Made by a program: the position numbers and the translations under genes. The notes below the pieces were generated by a model, which had not been told where the DNA came from, did no database searches, and saw only the letters and a list, made by a program, of their open reading frames with translations. From a virus (lineage: Duplodnaviria; Caudoviricetes), in the IMG/VR virus record IMGVR_UViG_3300020042_003181, positions 1 through 24,750 of that record: a stretch of 24,750 nt of DNA. One strand, 5' to 3'. This document shows positions 23,257-24,750 of this stretch, in pieces (the first letter of the stretch is position 1; the number at the start of each line of letters is the position of its first letter).

Positions 23257-23590
23257 TAACTAGACACGTGACATATTGAGGCACCCCCGTTGCTACGGCA
23301 ACTATCCTGAAAAATTGGAAGTGGGTCAGAGGTTGAAAGCAAAGATAACCAACGCATTGATATAGTATGAATGTTAGCATACGACAACACCAGCTATAAA
23401 CATCTAGACACTAGGAACGAGGTCTAGAATGCTTTAACAAGCATATCGTGGCAGGAAGGAAAAGCACAGAGTCCTTTAGCATATGGTGTATAAAAATTAC
23501 CTGCTTCCCAAGTCTTGGCTGAGATAACTCACAGAAAGAGGACGGAACCTGTAAAAAGGTTCCGTCTGACTAAACAATCTACAGAAAGTT
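23205..23590 (+). ncRNA. Candidate large structured non-coding RNA (~385 nt), family not recognised
   Basis: About ten consecutive stems, a cUACGg tetraloop, two possible pseudoknots and duplicated loop motifs, in a mostly ORF-free stretch. Boundaries are approximate. Confidence 0.7.
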
Positions 23591-23650
23591 AAAAGTCAAT
23601 TATTAAGTCATGTGTATGTGTCAAATGAGATCTAGATGTTTTTAGAAGAA

Positions 23651-23707
23651 AGCGACAGCGATTACGAGTGAGCGACAGCGAAATGAGTTGATGTCTGCAA
23701 GACATCA
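23651..23707 (+). repeat. Direct repeat AGCGACAGCGA x2 plus GCA-triloop hairpin; possible single-strand initiation/primosome site
   Basis: 11-bp repeats at 23651-23661 and 23671-23681, then TGATGTCT-GCA-AGACATCA at 23689-23707. Confidence 0.6.
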
Positions 23708-23723
23708 TTGTTAGTGAGACCAA

Positions 23724-23996
23724 ATGAAACAACACATACTTCTTAGTGAACACCAAGTGGCATCAGCAAGTGAGATCAAGCAGTTGTTGCTTGATGGAGA
23801 TATCACGGAGTTTGTTCCAAGAAATCAAAGACACAAGTTATTTTACAAAATTAAAATTGCTCCATATGCCAGCTACAAAGGCCCATGGGGTAATGAACTC
23901 ATATATTGGGATGGAGTCAATGCCGCTGTGGTCAAGTCAACTGAATCACGTAGCCACGAAATACGGCAACACATCAGTGACTGTCTTTTTGGATAA
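23724..23996 (+). CDS. Hypothetical protein (90 aa)
   Basis: Open frame with plausible composition ending just before the next promoter cassette. RBS is weak. Confidence 0.55.
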   Translation: MKQHILLSEHQVASASEIKQLLLDGDITEFVPRNQRHKLFYKIKIAPYASYKGPWGNELIYWDGVNAAVVKSTESRSHEIRQHISDCLFG

Positions 23997-24026
23997 TGCT
24001 GTGGCTAAAATACAACACAAATCCAC

Positions 24027-24055
24027 TTGACATCTCACCAAATTGGTGCTATACT
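24027..24055 (+). promoter_or_regulatory. Sigma70 promoter, copy 1, with palindromic spacer
   Basis: TTGACA (24027-24032), 17-nt spacer, TGn-TATACT (24050-24055). The spacer holds CACCAA-A-TTGGTG (24036-24048). Confidence 0.9.
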
Positions 24056-24111
24056 AACACTATGAACTGCAAATGGCGTATTGACCGTTTGGCTCATATT
24101 GGAGATTTGAA

Positions 24112-24303
24112 ATGAATAACGAACAAGTAGCCCAAAAGATTTTGCGTTTTTATGGTGAGCAATTACTCAAACGCGAATGCGAAATGTTGGGAAAAGTATA
24201 TGACGCTGACAAGTTTAATGAAGTGTTTGAAACTATGTTAACCGCTGATGATGGTAAAAACATTGTTGCTAAAATAACCAAATTGGTAAATGAGTCAGCA
24301 TAA
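24112..24303 (+). CDS. Hypothetical protein (63 aa), probable early gene
   Basis: Has its own consensus promoter, RBS GGAG and a downstream terminator. Confidence 0.85.
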   Translation: MNNEQVAQKILRFYGEQLLKRECEMLGKVYDADKFNEVFETMLTADDGKNIVAKITKLVNESA

Positions 24304-24314
24304 TTGAGAGTTCC

Positions 24315-24343
24315 AAAGTGTGGCTTTTATGCCACACTTTTTT
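24315..24343 (+). terminator. Rho-independent terminator
   Basis: AAAGTGTGGC / GCCACACTTT form a perfect 10-bp inverted repeat followed by a T run. Confidence 0.8.
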
Positions 24344-24358
24344 ATGGCTAAAAAGTCA

Positions 24359-24387
24359 TTGACATCTCACCAAATTGGTGCTATAAT
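24359..24387 (+). promoter_or_regulatory. Sigma70 promoter, copy 2 (perfect consensus) with palindromic spacer
   Basis: TTGACA (24359-24364), 17-nt spacer, TGn-TATAAT (24382-24387). CACCAA-A-TTGGTG at 24368-24380. Confidence 0.92.
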
Positions 24388-24449
24388 TATTACATGAACT
24401 GCAAAAAGCACATTGACTTTTTGGCTCATACTTGAACTGGAGATTTGAA

Positions 24450-24749
24450 ATGGTAACTTTTAAAGCTGGTGATTATGTTGAATACGGATACCGTCACGGT
24501 CCGTATATTGGAGAACGACGAGGTGGTATTGAACGACACTATGGCGTAATAATGCCATTTGGTGGCGGACCAATGCTATATATGTATAGTGGTATGGATT
24601 GCGAAATACACGCATTGCGTCGTTTGGCAAATGGACAATACATTTTGAATGTTGAAGTGAGAGATGATCCAAAACAACGACTTTGGGTGCGTAAAGTCCA
24701 AGCTGATCAATTCAAACAACAATACAAAAATTCAGTATTGAATGTTTGG
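24450..24749 (+). CDS. Hypothetical protein, partial (runs off the window end), absent from ORF track
   Basis: ATG 24450 after RBS GGAG. Reads MVTFKAGDYVEYGYRHGPYIGERRGG...KNSVLNVW, 100 codons with no stop. Confidence 0.85.
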   Translation, partial: MVTFKAGDYVEYGYRHGPYIGERRGGIERHYGVIMPFGGGPMLYMYSGMDCEIHALRRLANGQYILNVEVRDDPKQRLWVRKVQADQFKQQYKNSVLNVW

Positions 24750-24750
24750 A

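Larger units (their letters stand above)
24027..24452 (+). repeat. Duplicated ~90-bp promoter-leader-RBS cassette (24027-24114 and 24359-24452)
   Basis: Both copies share TTGACATCTCACCAAATTGGTGCTATA...ATGAACTGCAAA...ATTGAC..TTTGGCTCATA...TGGAGATTTGAAATG. Confidence 0.92.

Noticed and set aside
23320-23370. Group I intron (GTCAGAG and GATATAGT resemble R/S elements) or RNase P RNA
   Set aside because: The matching P7 strand (GACTA) is not in position, no interrupted gene flanks the region, and the RNase P GAGGAAAGUCC/P4 signature is absent. An Infernal search is still needed to exclude these formally.
23196-23390. Minus-strand 64-aa ORF explaining the non-coding gap
   Set aside because: No RBS or promoter is evident and the composition is atypical. 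The region is better explained by + strand RNA structure.
23651-24452. CRISPR array or mini-array
   Set aside because: Each repeat has only two copies, with spacing incompatible with repeat-spacer units. The long repeats are promoter cassettes, and no cas genes are present.
24460-24672. Minus-strand 70-aa ORF
   Set aside because: It is antisense to the + strand ORF starting at 24450, which has a consensus promoter and RBS.

Overview
This window is the virion morphogenesis module of a long-tailed (siphovirus-like) dsDNA phage, with every credible gene on the + strand. Gene order: 3' end of terminase large subunit, portal, endonuclease VII, scaffold, major capsid, adaptor, tail terminator, major tail, tail assembly chaperone (lambda-type GGGAAAG -1 frameshift), tape measure, distal tail/hub, a tail-tip gene that appears split around an inserted Ig/Gly-rich gene, several fibre/LamG adhesin genes and a holin-like gene. 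A non-coding-rich control region follows (22.8-23.7 kb), then small genes behind duplicated sigma70 promoter cassettes. The most unusual points: (1) the 22.8-23.7 kb locus holds a ~120-nt small RNA candidate whose loops are complementary to the neighbouring mRNA leader, a basic ORF running into a ~385-nt densely base-paired and probably pseudoknotted RNA, and repeats resembling a ColE1 primosome assembly site, together suggesting an RNA-primed, RNA-controlled origin; (2) T4-type late promoter motifs (TA)TAAATA at intergenic starts, hinting at a gp55-like sigma factor, possibly from a helper phage; (3) a HiPIP-like four-cysteine domain fused to the portal. All structures were found by eye, and all functional models are unverified inference.
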